A stretch of DNA of 64,000 bases from Marinicella sp. (GCA_965230295.1 OZ246001.1:576001-640000); one strand, 5' to 3'; positions 7,653 to 18,347 are shown, counted from the stretch's first letter. Program-made: numbers and translations. Notes: a model not told the origin generated them from the letters alone.

Positions 7653-9701
7653 TCATGGTTTTAAATTCACCCGTAATATATCAGATTCAGCCCGATCAGT
7701 CCTGGTTATTAACAATTGTGACTCATCATTGCTCACACTGAGGGACGTGCCCACAGAAAAAGGCCGGTGCTCGGTCACTTTCTGCATCGCTCCGTTGCTT
7801 AAGTCCAATCGCCAAATGCCTGAAAATTCACCGCCACGATCAAAATAAACTGCCTCATTAACCACTGTCCAAAAGTTAAAAGCTGTGCTTCTTAACTGGT
7901 CTGTTATCAACCTTTCTTGTTGGTTCTTTTGATCATAGCCAAACAAACCATCTTGTGCTGTTTTACTGTAAATCAACAGGCCACTGTCCGAGACCATAAA
8001 GCGGCTCACAAACTGTACAGGGAAAACTTCAACACCATCATCTGACAACTTCAGTATTTGGTTATTGAGTTCTACTGATTTTGCCAGTGCATAATAATCA
8101 CCTTGGTGTTCCTCTGCAGCCATATGTGCGTGACCAAAATCCAATTCAACTTTTTCTTGGCTGTTTAAATCCAGGATCAATGTACCGTAGCCACGATCAT
8201 CATTGATGGTCATCAACACCTTTTCCTCTGTATGGTGCCAACTGGGCCTGGTTAATTTGGCACCTTCAATAGAGACCAGTAATTTCTCTTCTTGACTGCT
8301 TAAATCATAAAGCCAAATGGCGCTTTGATCCATGCGATTACTGGAAAACAGGAACTGATTTCCGTTTGGCGAGAACACTGGATAGTTGTCGTATTTAGTT
8401 GAATGTATCACCCGGTTGAAACCATCAGAAGAAACATCATACAGCCAGATATTCGCTTCATAGCTGACTTCTTGAAAAGTCATTCGGGATCTGGCTTGAT
8501 CAAATGCAGGGTGTTGAGCACCATAAGCACCCAAAAGTTGAGGTACCTGTTCATTGATGTTGATTATCCACAACTGTCTGCTGCCACTCAAATCTGAATC
8601 AAAAACGATGTGTTCATTGTCATACCAAGTGTGACTGATGGTGTAATGTTCACCTTGTGTCAGTGCCCACTCTTCACCAGTTATGAGGTTCTTCAACCAC
8701 AGGTTCCTGACTGATTGGTTGCCTCTGGAAAAACTTAAGAATGTTTGATCTTGACTGAATTCAGGCGACCAGTCTTGGACATCGATGCTTGGCGGAGTTG
8801 TCAAGACAGTTTGTTCTCCTGTATTCATCATAACCTGCATGATGCCGACCAATCCTTGCTGATTTGGGCCTGCAAATGCGATGCTTTGCGCTCTTTCATT
8901 CCATGTCAAAGTCCTGGACTCTGAATTGAATTCACATGCTGCCATGTCTTTGAATTGCCGTGTTTTTAAGTGATAAGATTTCAAGTAACAAACCGTTTGA
9001 TCGCGGGCCGTAAAAATCAACAAGTCCTGCTCTGGCAGAAACAATGGCGAACCCAACCAATGGCGTGCCAATTCCACCACATGCTGCAGGCTGGCATCAT
9101 CTAACGATTTGACAATAATTTGGCTGCCCTGGCTGTTGTATTTGACATAGCTCAACCATTGACCATCTGAACTCATGGTACTTTGGCGCTCCATGCCGGG
9201 TAAGGCCGTGACTCGACTGGCATTGGTCACTGCTTTTTGTAATTGCTCGGCTGTGGTTTCTTGCTGCGAATAAAAGTATGTGAATAACAACAGAATAAAA
9301 ACACCCAAGATCGCCAATACAGCGTTTAACAATTGCTTTCTTTTGGTTTTAACTGGAATGGCTGTTTGGGTTAACTGATAACCTTTTTTGGGGATGGTTT
9401 TGATGTACTTGGCTTGACTGGCAGAATCACCCAGTATTTTCCTTAATTCGGCTATGGTTCTGGATAAGGCATCTTCATTAACCCATTTATTTACCCAGAT
9501 CTGTTCTAGAAAGACTTCTCGAGTAACCACCTCGGGTGCATTTTGAATCAATAACCACAAAACCTCATTCAATTGAGTGGACAATCGGGTAGATTGTTGA
9601 CCGCGGAACAGCTCACCCGTGTCAGGCAGGTATTGCCAATCACCCAACTGCCACAAGCCTGTGCTTTCAGCGGTCATCTTTTTTGAACTTGTGTTTGACA
9701 T
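7653..9701 (-). CDS. ToxR/CadC-like winged-helix regulator fused via TM helix to TolB-like PD40 beta-propeller
   Basis: LSRTIAELRKILGD...YIKTIPKKGY; TM; repeated P.FS.DG..L.F.S motifs. Confidence 0.85.
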   Translation of the reverse strand: MSNTSSKKMTAESTGLWQLGDWQYLPDTGELFRGQQSTRLSTQLNEVLWLLIQNAPEVVTREVFLEQIWVNKWVNEDALSRTIAELRKILGDSASQAKYIKTIPKKGYQLTQTAIPVKTKRKQLLNAVLAILGVFILLLFTYFYSQQETTAEQLQKAVTNASRVTALPGMERQSTMSSDGQWLSYVKYNSQGSQIIVKSLDDASLQHVVELARHWLGSPLFLPEQDLLIFTARDQTVCYLKSYHLKTRQFKDMAACEFNSESRTLTWNERAQSIAFAGPNQQGLVGIMQVMMNTGEQTVLTTPPSIDVQDWSPEFSQDQTFLSFSRGNQSVRNLWLKNLITGEEWALTQGEHYTISHTWYDNEHIVFDSDLSGSRQLWIININEQVPQLLGAYGAQHPAFDQARSRMTFQEVSYEANIWLYDVSSDGFNRVIHSTKYDNYPVFSPNGNQFLFSSNRMDQSAIWLYDLSSQEEKLLVSIEGAKLTRPSWHHTEEKVLMTINDDRGYGTLILDLNSQEKVELDFGHAHMAAEEHQGDYYALAKSVELNNQILKLSDDGVEVFPVQFVSRFMVSDSGLLIYSKTAQDGLFGYDQKNQQERLITDQLRSTAFNFWTVVNEAVYFDRGGEFSGIWRLDLSNGAMQKVTEHRPFSVGTSLSVSNDESQLLITRTDRAESDILRVNLKP

Positions 9702-9784
9702 TTCAAAGTAAATAGGAAGTTTTCCGAAGGTTTTTTTTCATGTTCTCAGTCAGTATTTACATTTTCACAAACCAAGAGATAAAC

Positions 9785-11110
9785 ATGAAATTATTAATCA
9801 TATGCGGACTCATTATAACCAGCGCTTTCGTAGACGCACAAGACTTGGGTGACCCCAACTGTGACACTTTATTGTTGGTCAGCAGTTGGAGTAGAGACAA
9901 CGTAAAAATCTATGATGGATGTGACGGTGAGTACATCAGGGATTTGGCCGATCCAGGCGTCCTGGACGGTCCCCAAAGCATGTTTCAAGAACCCAATGGC
10001 AACCTCATTGTGGTCAGTGAATCCAATCATAAACTGGTTCAATTCGACCGTGACACCTTATCAAGTCCAACAACAGTGATTGACTCTGGCCAATTCAATA
10101 ACCCCATCACTGTGGTCCCAAAAGACGACAACACCATCTATTTAGGCAGTTACTCAAGCAATGAAATCGCCGAAGTAGATACCCTCACTTGGCAAACCAA
10201 TCGAACGGTGTTAGCTGCCAACAATGGACAAATTCAGGGCATCGACATTGGCATGGCGATGGGCCCCGATGGACAGCTTTACGTACCTGGTTATGACTCA
10301 GACAACATTCTAAAAGTCAATCCAAACACCGGCACCACCAGTCAGTTCATCCCATCTGGTGCATTCAACTTAGATCGGCCGCGCTCAATCCTGTTCTTGG
10401 CAGATCGCATGTTGGTTACCGCTTGGGGTAACCAAGCCATTTTAAGTTTCGACTTCAATGGTCAGTTGCTGGATACTGTGGTTTCCGGGTTCCCTGGTGC
10501 TGCTGGTATGGTGATGGATGGCCCTGACCATATTTTAGTCACCAGTGATACGCTCAGCACAGTGCGTCGCTATCGATTGAGTGACTTCAGTTTTGAAACC
10601 GTGGTTCCTGCCCGCAGTGGCGGCTTAGCGGGTGCCACTTTTGTGTATCGTTTGACCAAGGTACCTAATGAAGTGGCCATCACAGGCCTGCGCCAAGCCT
10701 GGTTAACAGGTGTGGGTACCATCAATGACAACCAATTGCTGGTCAGTGAATTCATCACCACCGGAGGGCAATTTGGCGAAGCCTTTGATGCCACTGACAT
10801 TGAAGTCGTCTTCTGGGGCGAAGTGTTGTTAGAATTCACCGGTTGTCATACCGCCATGATGTCATATTCTTCTGTTTTGAAAGTCAACGAAACATCTTTT
10901 GGCAGCGGTGCCTACCCGGTTGAACGGCTGGCCATGAATCCATATGGCGTTCAGTGTGATGACATAGGGTTTGCTCAAATGACTGATTCACGCTACATGT
11001 CTGGCGTTTTTTATGGCGGTGTTGAGCGCAATGGTGAGGGCTTTACCGTTGATTACCTGAACCGAAACCAAGCTGTGGTGACTTGGTTTACCTACTTACC
11101 ACAAGAATAA
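9785..11110 (+). CDS. Secreted beta-propeller (NHL/SMP-30-like) protein with C-terminal beta-rich domain
   Basis: Signal peptide MKLLIIC...VDA; LDGPQ, NNPI, GPDGQLYV, LDRPR repeats; start moved to ATG 9785. Confidence 0.7.
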   Translation: MKLLIICGLIITSAFVDAQDLGDPNCDTLLLVSSWSRDNVKIYDGCDGEYIRDLADPGVLDGPQSMFQEPNGNLIVVSESNHKLVQFDRDTLSSPTTVIDSGQFNNPITVVPKDDNTIYLGSYSSNEIAEVDTLTWQTNRTVLAANNGQIQGIDIGMAMGPDGQLYVPGYDSDNILKVNPNTGTTSQFIPSGAFNLDRPRSILFLADRMLVTAWGNQAILSFDFNGQLLDTVVSGFPGAAGMVMDGPDHILVTSDTLSTVRRYRLSDFSFETVVPARSGGLAGATFVYRLTKVPNEVAITGLRQAWLTGVGTINDNQLLVSEFITTGGQFGEAFDATDIEVVFWGEVLLEFTGCHTAMMSYSSVLKVNETSFGSGAYPVERLAMNPYGVQCDDIGFAQMTDSRYMSGVFYGGVERNGEGFTVDYLNRNQAVVTWFTYLPQE

Positions 11111-11632
11111 TCAATGTTTTGATTGGGTTCTGAGCAGTGAAGCACTTAACAAACTGATGATCAATCCAACCGGCAAGATTTCTATCAAGGTAATGAAAGC
11201 CCTGAAATAAAACTTTGCATACAAAGCAGCAAAGTCAGCCATTTCTTGCTGAAATGATTCAATGGCTGCTGCCGTCGCACCATCGTCTCTCATTTTTGCT
11301 AAATGTGATTCTTGGTATGCAGCCATGAAGTCCTGCCCAGCATTTTGGTAATACAATTCCCATGAAATCACATAACAGGCTGAAGCAATCAACGTGACCC
11401 AAAGGCCCACCATAAATGCCGTTTTAAAGCCAATCACACCACCTAAATGATGATCTCTGTGCTGTTTAACTGCAATGAATATGACTGATAATCCAACGAT
11501 CATGATCAGATAACCCAACCACTCTGATTGACTGTGGCTGGACTCAGGCCCGGCTGACCACAACATCAATGAAGAGATGCCTGAAATCAGTAAAGCTGCA
11601 ATGATGCCGTTGACGAAAACTATTTTTTTCAT
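11111..11632 (-). CDS. DUF4199-family membrane protein
   Basis: GYLIMIVGLSVIFIAVKQHRD..GG.I.FK.AF..G pattern; start moved to MKKIVF. Confidence 0.75.
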   Translation of the reverse strand: MKKIVFVNGIIAALLISGISSLMLWSAGPESSHSQSEWLGYLIMIVGLSVIFIAVKQHRDHHLGGVIGFKTAFMVGLWVTLIASACYVISWELYYQNAGQDFMAAYQESHLAKMRDDGATAAAIESFQQEMADFAALYAKFYFRAFITLIEILPVGLIISLLSASLLRTQSKH

Positions 11633-11717
11633 AGAAGGTTCCTGTAACAAATCACCAGCAATCATAACGCCTGGATTTTCAATGTCTTCACCCAAACAGG
11701 TGAATTCAATATTTTTT

Positions 11718-12134
11718 CTATTGAATGATGCTCAATTCCTTGAGTTTATTGATGGCTTGTAAGCGGCTATTCACCTCAAGCTTACTGAACCCGTTTTTTA
11801 AGTGAGTTTTTACGGTATTGACAGAAACATACAATTGATCTGCGATGTCCTGATTAGACAAACCTTCAGCCAGTTTTTGTAAAACTTGCAATTCTCGTTC
11901 AGATAACCTCAAAGCGTTGATGGCTCTGATATTGGGCTGAAATGGTCCGATGGTCTCATTTTTTCTCATCAGTCGGCCACTGAACCACATGCCCAATAAA
12001 GTAAAAAATACGGCTATGAACAGCACATACAGTTGCCAACTGATGTCCCTGACCAACCACTTATATTCGATGCTTTTCAATACCGCCACCAAGAAGGCCA
12101 ATGACATACCATAAATGATCACAGTTCTTTTCAT
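11718..12134 (-). CDS. Membrane-anchored LuxR/NarL-type HTH regulator
   Basis: Two N-terminal TM helices; LSERELQVL..LAEGLSNQDIADQLYVSVNTVKTHL. Confidence 0.88.
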   Translation of the reverse strand: MKRTVIIYGMSLAFLVAVLKSIEYKWLVRDISWQLYVLFIAVFFTLLGMWFSGRLMRKNETIGPFQPNIRAINALRLSERELQVLQKLAEGLSNQDIADQLYVSVNTVKTHLKNGFSKLEVNSRLQAINKLKELSIIQ

Positions 12135-12242
12135 GAGGTTATTTTAACAACTTATGGCATGGCACAAGAAAATATGTTGGTTTTCCCTGTTACTACTACA
12201 GTATTTTTCGTACAATGACTGAACTTAGCCAGAGGGTCAATC

Positions 12243-13289
12243 ATGAATAAACCATTAAAAGTCACTGTTTTTTTGTTTTTATCAACCTCCGTTTTTGCCC
12301 AAGACTTCCAAGTCCAACAAGCACATACTGGAGCTTGGTTTAATCCGGATGAGTCTGGACATGGCCTCATGTTGGAAGTTTTCACTGATGATTTGGCGCT
12401 GATGTGGTGGTTTACTTTTGATTCCGAAGGCAATCGCACTTGGTTTGGTGGTGTCGGTAACATAACGGGAGACACCATCACTATTGAAGCCTACGAAGTC
12501 AGCGGGGGTGCTTTTCCTCCAGAATTTGATGCCAATAATATCAATCAAGTTGTTTGGGGTGAAATCATCATTCGTTTCGAATCTTGTACACAAGGTACAG
12601 TCAACTGGACTCCTGTACTGGACGGTTATCAATCAGGCTCTATGCCCATAAGCAGGTTAACCGGGATAGAGCAACTGATTTGTGTTGAGCCTGAAGAAAT
12701 CAATGCCATGAATATTAACTTCAGCACCACTCAGGTCGTATTGGATGGTACCAACAGCCCTGGCGAGTGGGATGAAGCTTTCACAGCTGAAATCGTTGTT
12801 AATGCAGGATGGACTGTACCGGTTGCCATCATGACCAATGGCAGCGAAATTTCTATTTTATTTGATAACCTGGCTGGACCGAATGGTTCCAATGATGTCC
12901 AGGCTGTTCGGCCAGACACCCTCTTTCCTGAAGTGTTTATTAAAACAGACCCTGAAGTGCCCACCTGGAATTTCAATACCTTTTGGTTCCATGCCTCATT
13001 CCAAGATTGTTTTCAACCGCGTGCCTGGAACTTGGCATTTGACTGTAATTTTTCATTGCCCTTATGGTCAGCAACTAATTGGCCACTGAGCTCAGGTCAA
13101 GCCTCAGAGATCGTCATCAGCTATGAAAGGCTGGGATTGGAAGACAACAAAAGTGCTGAGTTATTATTGAATTTAACCTTAACCAGTGCTTTATTGGGCA
13201 ACAATGTATACCACTCCTGGCCCGCCAGTGCCCAGGCAGACCAACCATCAAGTTGGCTAACGGTGGTGCTGCCTGCGGTCGACGAGTAA
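12243..13289 (+). CDS. Secreted hypothetical protein (N-terminal GAWFNP..GHG domain, C-terminal CBM9/DOMON-like region)
   Basis: Signal peptide; TGAWFNPDESGHG...WFTFD; LDG...PGEWD. Confidence 0.65.
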   Translation: MNKPLKVTVFLFLSTSVFAQDFQVQQAHTGAWFNPDESGHGLMLEVFTDDLALMWWFTFDSEGNRTWFGGVGNITGDTITIEAYEVSGGAFPPEFDANNINQVVWGEIIIRFESCTQGTVNWTPVLDGYQSGSMPISRLTGIEQLICVEPEEINAMNINFSTTQVVLDGTNSPGEWDEAFTAEIVVNAGWTVPVAIMTNGSEISILFDNLAGPNGSNDVQAVRPDTLFPEVFIKTDPEVPTWNFNTFWFHASFQDCFQPRAWNLAFDCNFSLPLWSATNWPLSSGQASEIVISYERLGLEDNKSAELLLNLTLTSALLGNNVYHSWPASAQADQPSSWLTVVLPAVDE

Positions 13290-14531
13290 CTACATGTTTT
13301 GCACTGAGGATGTATTTTTTACCAAGGTCATCTGTGAATGACGATTACGCCACAACGAGAAGACTGCAGACAAAACCAAAGCCGCACCCAGCAACAAAAT
13401 CCAAACAGAATCAATGATGGACAAAGGACCACCAATGGTGGCTATGATCACATTGGTGATACAAAATGTGGAGGTTTGTAATCCCATCACTTTACCTTGC
13501 CCCAAATGGCCAAACTGATGCGACAGATAACTGGGAACCATGCCATTGGTCATCGCGATCGTTCCGCCGATCAAGGCAAACATAAAAAACGTGGAAAAAT
13601 AGCCTAAGAAGGGTTGCACAGTCAACAATACAGACAGAATCAGGCCGCCGACCAACATGGCTTTGATTTCTCCAAAGGAGGATTGCACCCTGGCTACTGA
13701 TGTGCTGCTGACAATGATCATCACTGTGGTTAAACACACCGTTGCCCAAGCAATGAGTTGACCATCTGCCTGGTGGTAATCTACGTACCACACCGGATAG
13801 AAGTCATAAAATGCATTCAAACCCATTGAATACAGGAAATAAAACCAAAAAATGGGCCTGATTTCATGATGTCGCAGCAGTGTTAATGAATTGTTTTCTT
13901 TGATCGCTTGCCAAAAAGGTGTCTGGTCTAATTCATCTGAACGATCCTTGTTGATCAATAGCGCGACCAATACCACTGATAACAACATACCAACCCCTGC
14001 CAACAAGAACACTTCAGCCACACCATAGACCATCAAAAAACCGCCAATAACCGGCCCCAACAGCCAACCTGTATAAGTGGCGGCATACACCATTGACAAA
14101 GCCTTGGTTCGATCAATGGCAGGATGCAATTCAGCAGCAATGGCTCGGGCAATTGATATGTTACCTTCACAAACTCCTGTAAGAAAACGTGCTGTGACAA
14201 AGAAAACAAAAGATTCCTGGTAAATTGCCCATGCTGTTAAGCCATAACCAATCACAGATCCCATCAGGGTGATTTGCAAAACTTTCTTCCGACCAAATCC
14301 ATCAGAAAGCGCACCGATATAGATGCTGCCTAGCAACAAACCCAATGGATAAATGGCCAAACAAATACCCAAAAGTATCTTCGGATGGAAACCCATAAAG
14401 TGGGTCAGGTCATTGGCTGGGTAGTCGATAAAATAAGGGGCCAATACCGGGTAGGGCAAAGCAATACCCATGGTACCTAACAAGCCAACCAGCATCACCG
14501 TCATGAGAATCAATTTAGGGTTATTGATCAT
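13290..14531 (-). CDS. MFS transporter (TetA/DHA1-like)
   Basis: GALSDGFGRKKVL motif A; ~12 TM. Confidence 0.9.
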   Translation of the reverse strand: MINNPKLILMTVMLVGLLGTMGIALPYPVLAPYFIDYPANDLTHFMGFHPKILLGICLAIYPLGLLLGSIYIGALSDGFGRKKVLQITLMGSVIGYGLTAWAIYQESFVFFVTARFLTGVCEGNISIARAIAAELHPAIDRTKALSMVYAATYTGWLLGPVIGGFLMVYGVAEVFLLAGVGMLLSVVLVALLINKDRSDELDQTPFWQAIKENNSLTLLRHHEIRPIFWFYFLYSMGLNAFYDFYPVWYVDYHQADGQLIAWATVCLTTVMIIVSSTSVARVQSSFGEIKAMLVGGLILSVLLTVQPFLGYFSTFFMFALIGGTIAMTNGMVPSYLSHQFGHLGQGKVMGLQTSTFCITNVIIATIGGPLSIIDSVWILLLGAALVLSAVFSLWRNRHSQMTLVKNTSSVQNM

Positions 14532-14570
14532 CGAAATCACCGGTTGTGAGTCTTTTATGTTGCCTCGTTG

Positions 14571-16934
14571 TTACAGGCTTTGTGACTGCTTATTGAGGCT
14601 TGCTTCGAACTCAAGCAATTCTTGGTAGTCACGATACTCCGGATCGGCATTTGACCACAATTGTTTAATCCGATTGATTGAATTTGTCGCCTGCTCATAT
14701 TCCCCCATGGCAGCAAACACTTTGGTTTGTAACACAATGCATTGACCGAACAAGGGGTTTCGCAACAAAATTTCATCCAAAATAACAAGTGCTTCTTGAT
14801 ATTGTTCTGCCTCGAACAGGGTTTTAGCCTTTTGAAATTTCAATTCATCCAAAATGAAATAGGCATTTAAATTCAAAAATGATTGTTTGGATTCCTCAAT
14901 GGCCTGTGTATGCAACAGCAAGGCTTGATCAAACTCACCTTGTTTTCTAAGATGCACAGCCTTGGCTGAAAGCACAAATTGGTCATAAACAGTCATCTGA
15001 AACTCTTGTTTAAAGGCTTCGAACTTGTCCATTGCTTGCTTGGCCAGGTCATCATTTCCCATCAACTCCTGAATGTTGTGTTCCATCATAAACAACATTT
15101 GGTCAAACGGTGGCTTGGTCTGTGACCGCATATCTGCGAGCATCTGCAAAGATTTTTCATCTTCCTGTAGATAGGCCCAGTATGCCGCCTCCTTTCCATC
15201 AAACATCAATATTTGCGTCAAGGGCGGCATGTAAGACTGACTGGCTGTCTTCATTTGACCCAAAGCCGTCATGGCCTCTTTCAAACGACCAGTAAAGTAC
15301 AGCACTGTTTCCTTTTCAGTCAGGATATTAACTTTGTCTGCATCAGATTCTGCCTTGGTCAACAAATGATCCATGGCAGCCAACCCTTGCTCAACCTCTC
15401 CTTGCATGGTCATTATTTTAGCCAAACCCAAATCAGCACTGATGTTATTAATGCTAAGCAAACTGGCCTCATCATATTTTTCTCTGGCCAGCTCAATGTC
15501 ACCAAACTGCATATAAGTTTCAGCCATTGCCAGTAATGGCTCGGTTTCATTGGGCTCGTCATGTTGGTACAGCTCAAGCACTTCTATGGCTTTGTCTTTA
15601 TCGCCTTTTAATCGATAAATCTTTGCTAAGTTGATGTAAGTTTCGGAGCCGGCTTCTTGTAACTCGTTCAACCGCTCAAAAACCTTCAGCGCATCATCCA
15701 AACGATTGCCGATGAAGATGTAGTTGCTACCGAGAATACGCAGTGCGTCGGCACTGTCATCATGAATTTTGACCCAGTTTTCCAGTACCCTGATCGCTTT
15801 GGTTTGCTCTCCATTGATGGCGTAATAATTTGCTTTGACTTTGAACACCGATTCTTGGTACAGCTTGTATTCCAATTTCAATGCATCTTCTGCAGCCTGT
15901 TTGGCTGATTCGAAGTCGCCCATGGCACGGAAATAATCAATCAACAAGACATAGGCTTCGGCCAATGATTCATCGCTTTCCAGAGCCGTTTTCAGGTGTT
16001 CAACACCTTCGACATAGTTATTTTCAAAGGTGACTGCATTCAATGCATTAATCACTTGTTTAATGGCTGTGATATTGGTTGAGACATGATCAGAGATGGC
16101 CAAATCCGGAATCAATGTGGGCTGTATATTGGCTTGTTTCAAAATGATGGTGCCCAGTTGTTCTGCCACATCATCTAAGGCAAACAACCAGTCATCGTAT
16201 GCTGATGTGATGGTGGTGACCAAAGCACCCGTTACCACATCATACAAAGACACTTCGAAGGACAATTGTGCACCATCTTTGTTGATTTCACCTTTAATCA
16301 TCCACTGAGAATCCCGGTCATCAGCAATACTGAGGTCTAAAGATAACGGTTCTCCAACGGCATCTTCATACCCCTGTTTGGTGACTCGATTGAACATGGT
16401 CCTGGAATCGTAGGGTGTTTGGATACTAATGATGGGACTGCGATGTAAATCTTTAGAGACCAACCATGCCGCACCATAACTTAACCAATCCAGCTCTTCA
16501 TCTCCGGTGTTGTTATCCCAGAAGAAGCTGGTGACTTTTTGATTCAGCCCGGTTTTAGCAACTTCAAACTCCACCATTTGACCGGTTTGTTCATCCACAA
16601 CGCTCATGATTTCAGTGGCATTGACTTCGGGCTTGATGAATGATTCGACTGCAAACCAGGCGATCGCGATGTTAAAAGGTATGAATATGATCTGTTTTTG
16701 GGTCCACTTGTCCTTGCCCGGACGGCCATGACCCCATGCCAATAAACCAACCAACGGAATAAAAGCGATCATGATGACGAAAATATAAGAAGAGGTTTGT
16801 TCAGGCACAGCAAATCGTTCACTCATCCACTCACCAATTTCAACAGCCAACCACACGGCGGCCACATACATACCGAGTATTTGCGGCACTCTTCGCTCGA
16901 TGAGCTCAGTCATTAAACTCTTATTGCGGGTCAT
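14571..16934 (-). CDS. Membrane-anchored TPR-repeat protein (TolB-N-like region plus TPRs)
   Basis: EL.ERRV...Y...W N-terminal 3-TM module, then helical TPR-like repeats. Confidence 0.7.
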   Translation of the reverse strand: MTRNKSLMTELIERRVPQILGMYVAAVWLAVEIGEWMSERFAVPEQTSSYIFVIMIAFIPLVGLLAWGHGRPGKDKWTQKQIIFIPFNIAIAWFAVESFIKPEVNATEIMSVVDEQTGQMVEFEVAKTGLNQKVTSFFWDNNTGDEELDWLSYGAAWLVSKDLHRSPIISIQTPYDSRTMFNRVTKQGYEDAVGEPLSLDLSIADDRDSQWMIKGEINKDGAQLSFEVSLYDVVTGALVTTITSAYDDWLFALDDVAEQLGTIILKQANIQPTLIPDLAISDHVSTNITAIKQVINALNAVTFENNYVEGVEHLKTALESDESLAEAYVLLIDYFRAMGDFESAKQAAEDALKLEYKLYQESVFKVKANYYAINGEQTKAIRVLENWVKIHDDSADALRILGSNYIFIGNRLDDALKVFERLNELQEAGSETYINLAKIYRLKGDKDKAIEVLELYQHDEPNETEPLLAMAETYMQFGDIELAREKYDEASLLSINNISADLGLAKIMTMQGEVEQGLAAMDHLLTKAESDADKVNILTEKETVLYFTGRLKEAMTALGQMKTASQSYMPPLTQILMFDGKEAAYWAYLQEDEKSLQMLADMRSQTKPPFDQMLFMMEHNIQELMGNDDLAKQAMDKFEAFKQEFQMTVYDQFVLSAKAVHLRKQGEFDQALLLHTQAIEESKQSFLNLNAYFILDELKFQKAKTLFEAEQYQEALVILDEILLRNPLFGQCIVLQTKVFAAMGEYEQATNSINRIKQLWSNADPEYRDYQELLEFEASLNKQSQSL

Positions 16935-17001
16935 TTTCTATCCATCCAATAATTGGTAAATGCATTATACTATGACAATCTTACTGATAGAAAGGTCGCA
17001 A

Positions 17002-17208
17002 ATGACAGATACAAAATTCATTGATTTAGAAACGCGCATTGCCTTTCTAGAAGATACGGTTGAAGCATTGAATAAGCTGGTCTATCAACAATCCAAGGAA
17101 ATTTCACAGTACCAACAAGCTTTGCAAGACATGACACAACACATGAAACAAGTGCAAAGTGATATTGAGGAGTTCAAGCCACAAAACGAAATTCCCCCCC
17201 ATTATTGA
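17002..17208 (+). CDS. slyX: SlyX family protein
   Basis: DLETRIAFLEDTVEALN...EIPPHY. Confidence 0.92.
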   Translation: MTDTKFIDLETRIAFLEDTVEALNKLVYQQSKEISQYQQALQDMTQHMKQVQSDIEEFKPQNEIPPHY

Positions 17209-17210
17209 TG

Positions 17211-17406
17211 GAATTCCGAGTTCGCTTCTTTTGACTATGCCAAAAACCGCAAACTCTTCATATATTTGATGAGTTTATTTCTGGATCACTCCGCTCACCA
17301 ACCATAAACATCGGCTGAATTCCGAGTTCGCTTCTTTTGCTACGCTAAAAACTGCCTATAAGGATGTAGGTATGCCGCGAGCGAATGGATGCAAAAGCGG
17401 TAAACT
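17211..17406 (+). repeat. Direct repeat pair; second copy carries a two-hairpin AYGGAY-like insert
   Basis: GAATTCCGAGTTCGCTTCTTTTG at 17211 and 17317; GCCTATAAGGATGTAGGT (17354) and CCGC..ATGGAT..GCGG (17375-17400). Confidence 0.7.
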
Positions 17407-17426
17407 AGAGGGGTGTAGATAGGCCG

Positions 17427-18347
17427 TTAATCCAGACTGAAATCAGGTTCCGGCATCTCCACTTTCACTGGAAAAGGATTGATCTTATTTTCCAATGCCT
17501 GGAAAAACACAGTGTCCATGTTGTTGGTGGTTGACAGTTCGAACAAAAAACCGGTGTACTGGGCTTCACCAGCGACTTGGAATTCGCTGTTTTCGAAATC
17601 CCCACCCGTGTGCAATTGCTTGACCCACTGCATGTCTTCAAAACGCATACTGTCATAATAAATATCATCTTCCACCTCGGCGAAAATGATCAATTCTTCA
17701 TCGGTCATCAGCACCCCACCGGTGCGCAATGAAAACAAACCATAGCTGTAGAAGAATTCAATTTCAGTATGCGGTTCAACCAAGTTCATTTCCTGCAATG
17801 TTTGGCGTTCCTGTTCAGTGATTTCGTGCTTTGATTTGACATGTTCAGCTGGGATCAACTCGAAATAAGACAAGGCCCCAAAGGCGAGGAACAGCCCGGC
17901 GATCAATGAGAGTGGAGTGAAAACCACCCACATCCAGCGTTTGGTCGGCTGGTGATTCGGATTCATTTGTTTCTTCAAAGCATGGTAATCAAACGTACCT
18001 TTGATACCCCGGCCAAAGAAAAACATAAAAAACAGGCCTATGGCCACCGCCCAAATTGAAGCGGTTTCCAAAAAAACCAGAGCTTGATTCAACAGCACGA
18101 ACACAAACATCGCCACCGCTGCCGCCCTGGAATATCGGGTCATCCCCCATATCAATAAGAACATAATCATCAATATAGCCACTGTCCACAGATCGAAGTG
18201 GGTACTGATCGGCGCATGATTGGTATCCGAAAGGTACGATATAAAGACCCTGCCTAAATTGATACCAAACAGGATCATACCCATGATGACACCCGCCCTG
18301 ATGTTATTGATGGCCAATTCTTGTTCGTATTTTTGATGATCTTCCAT
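17427..18347 (-). CDS. Hypothetical membrane protein
   Basis: 306-aa ORF, ~5 TM plus soluble C-terminal domain. Confidence 0.7.
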   Translation of the reverse strand: MEDHQKYEQELAINNIRAGVIMGMILFGINLGRVFISYLSDTNHAPISTHFDLWTVAILMIMFLLIWGMTRYSRAAAVAMFVFVLLNQALVFLETASIWAVAIGLFFMFFFGRGIKGTFDYHALKKQMNPNHQPTKRWMWVVFTPLSLIAGLFLAFGALSYFELIPAEHVKSKHEITEQERQTLQEMNLVEPHTEIEFFYSYGLFSLRTGGVLMTDEELIIFAEVEDDIYYDSMRFEDMQWVKQLHTGGDFENSEFQVAGEAQYTGFLFELSTTNNMDTVFFQALENKINPFPVKVEMPEPDFSLD

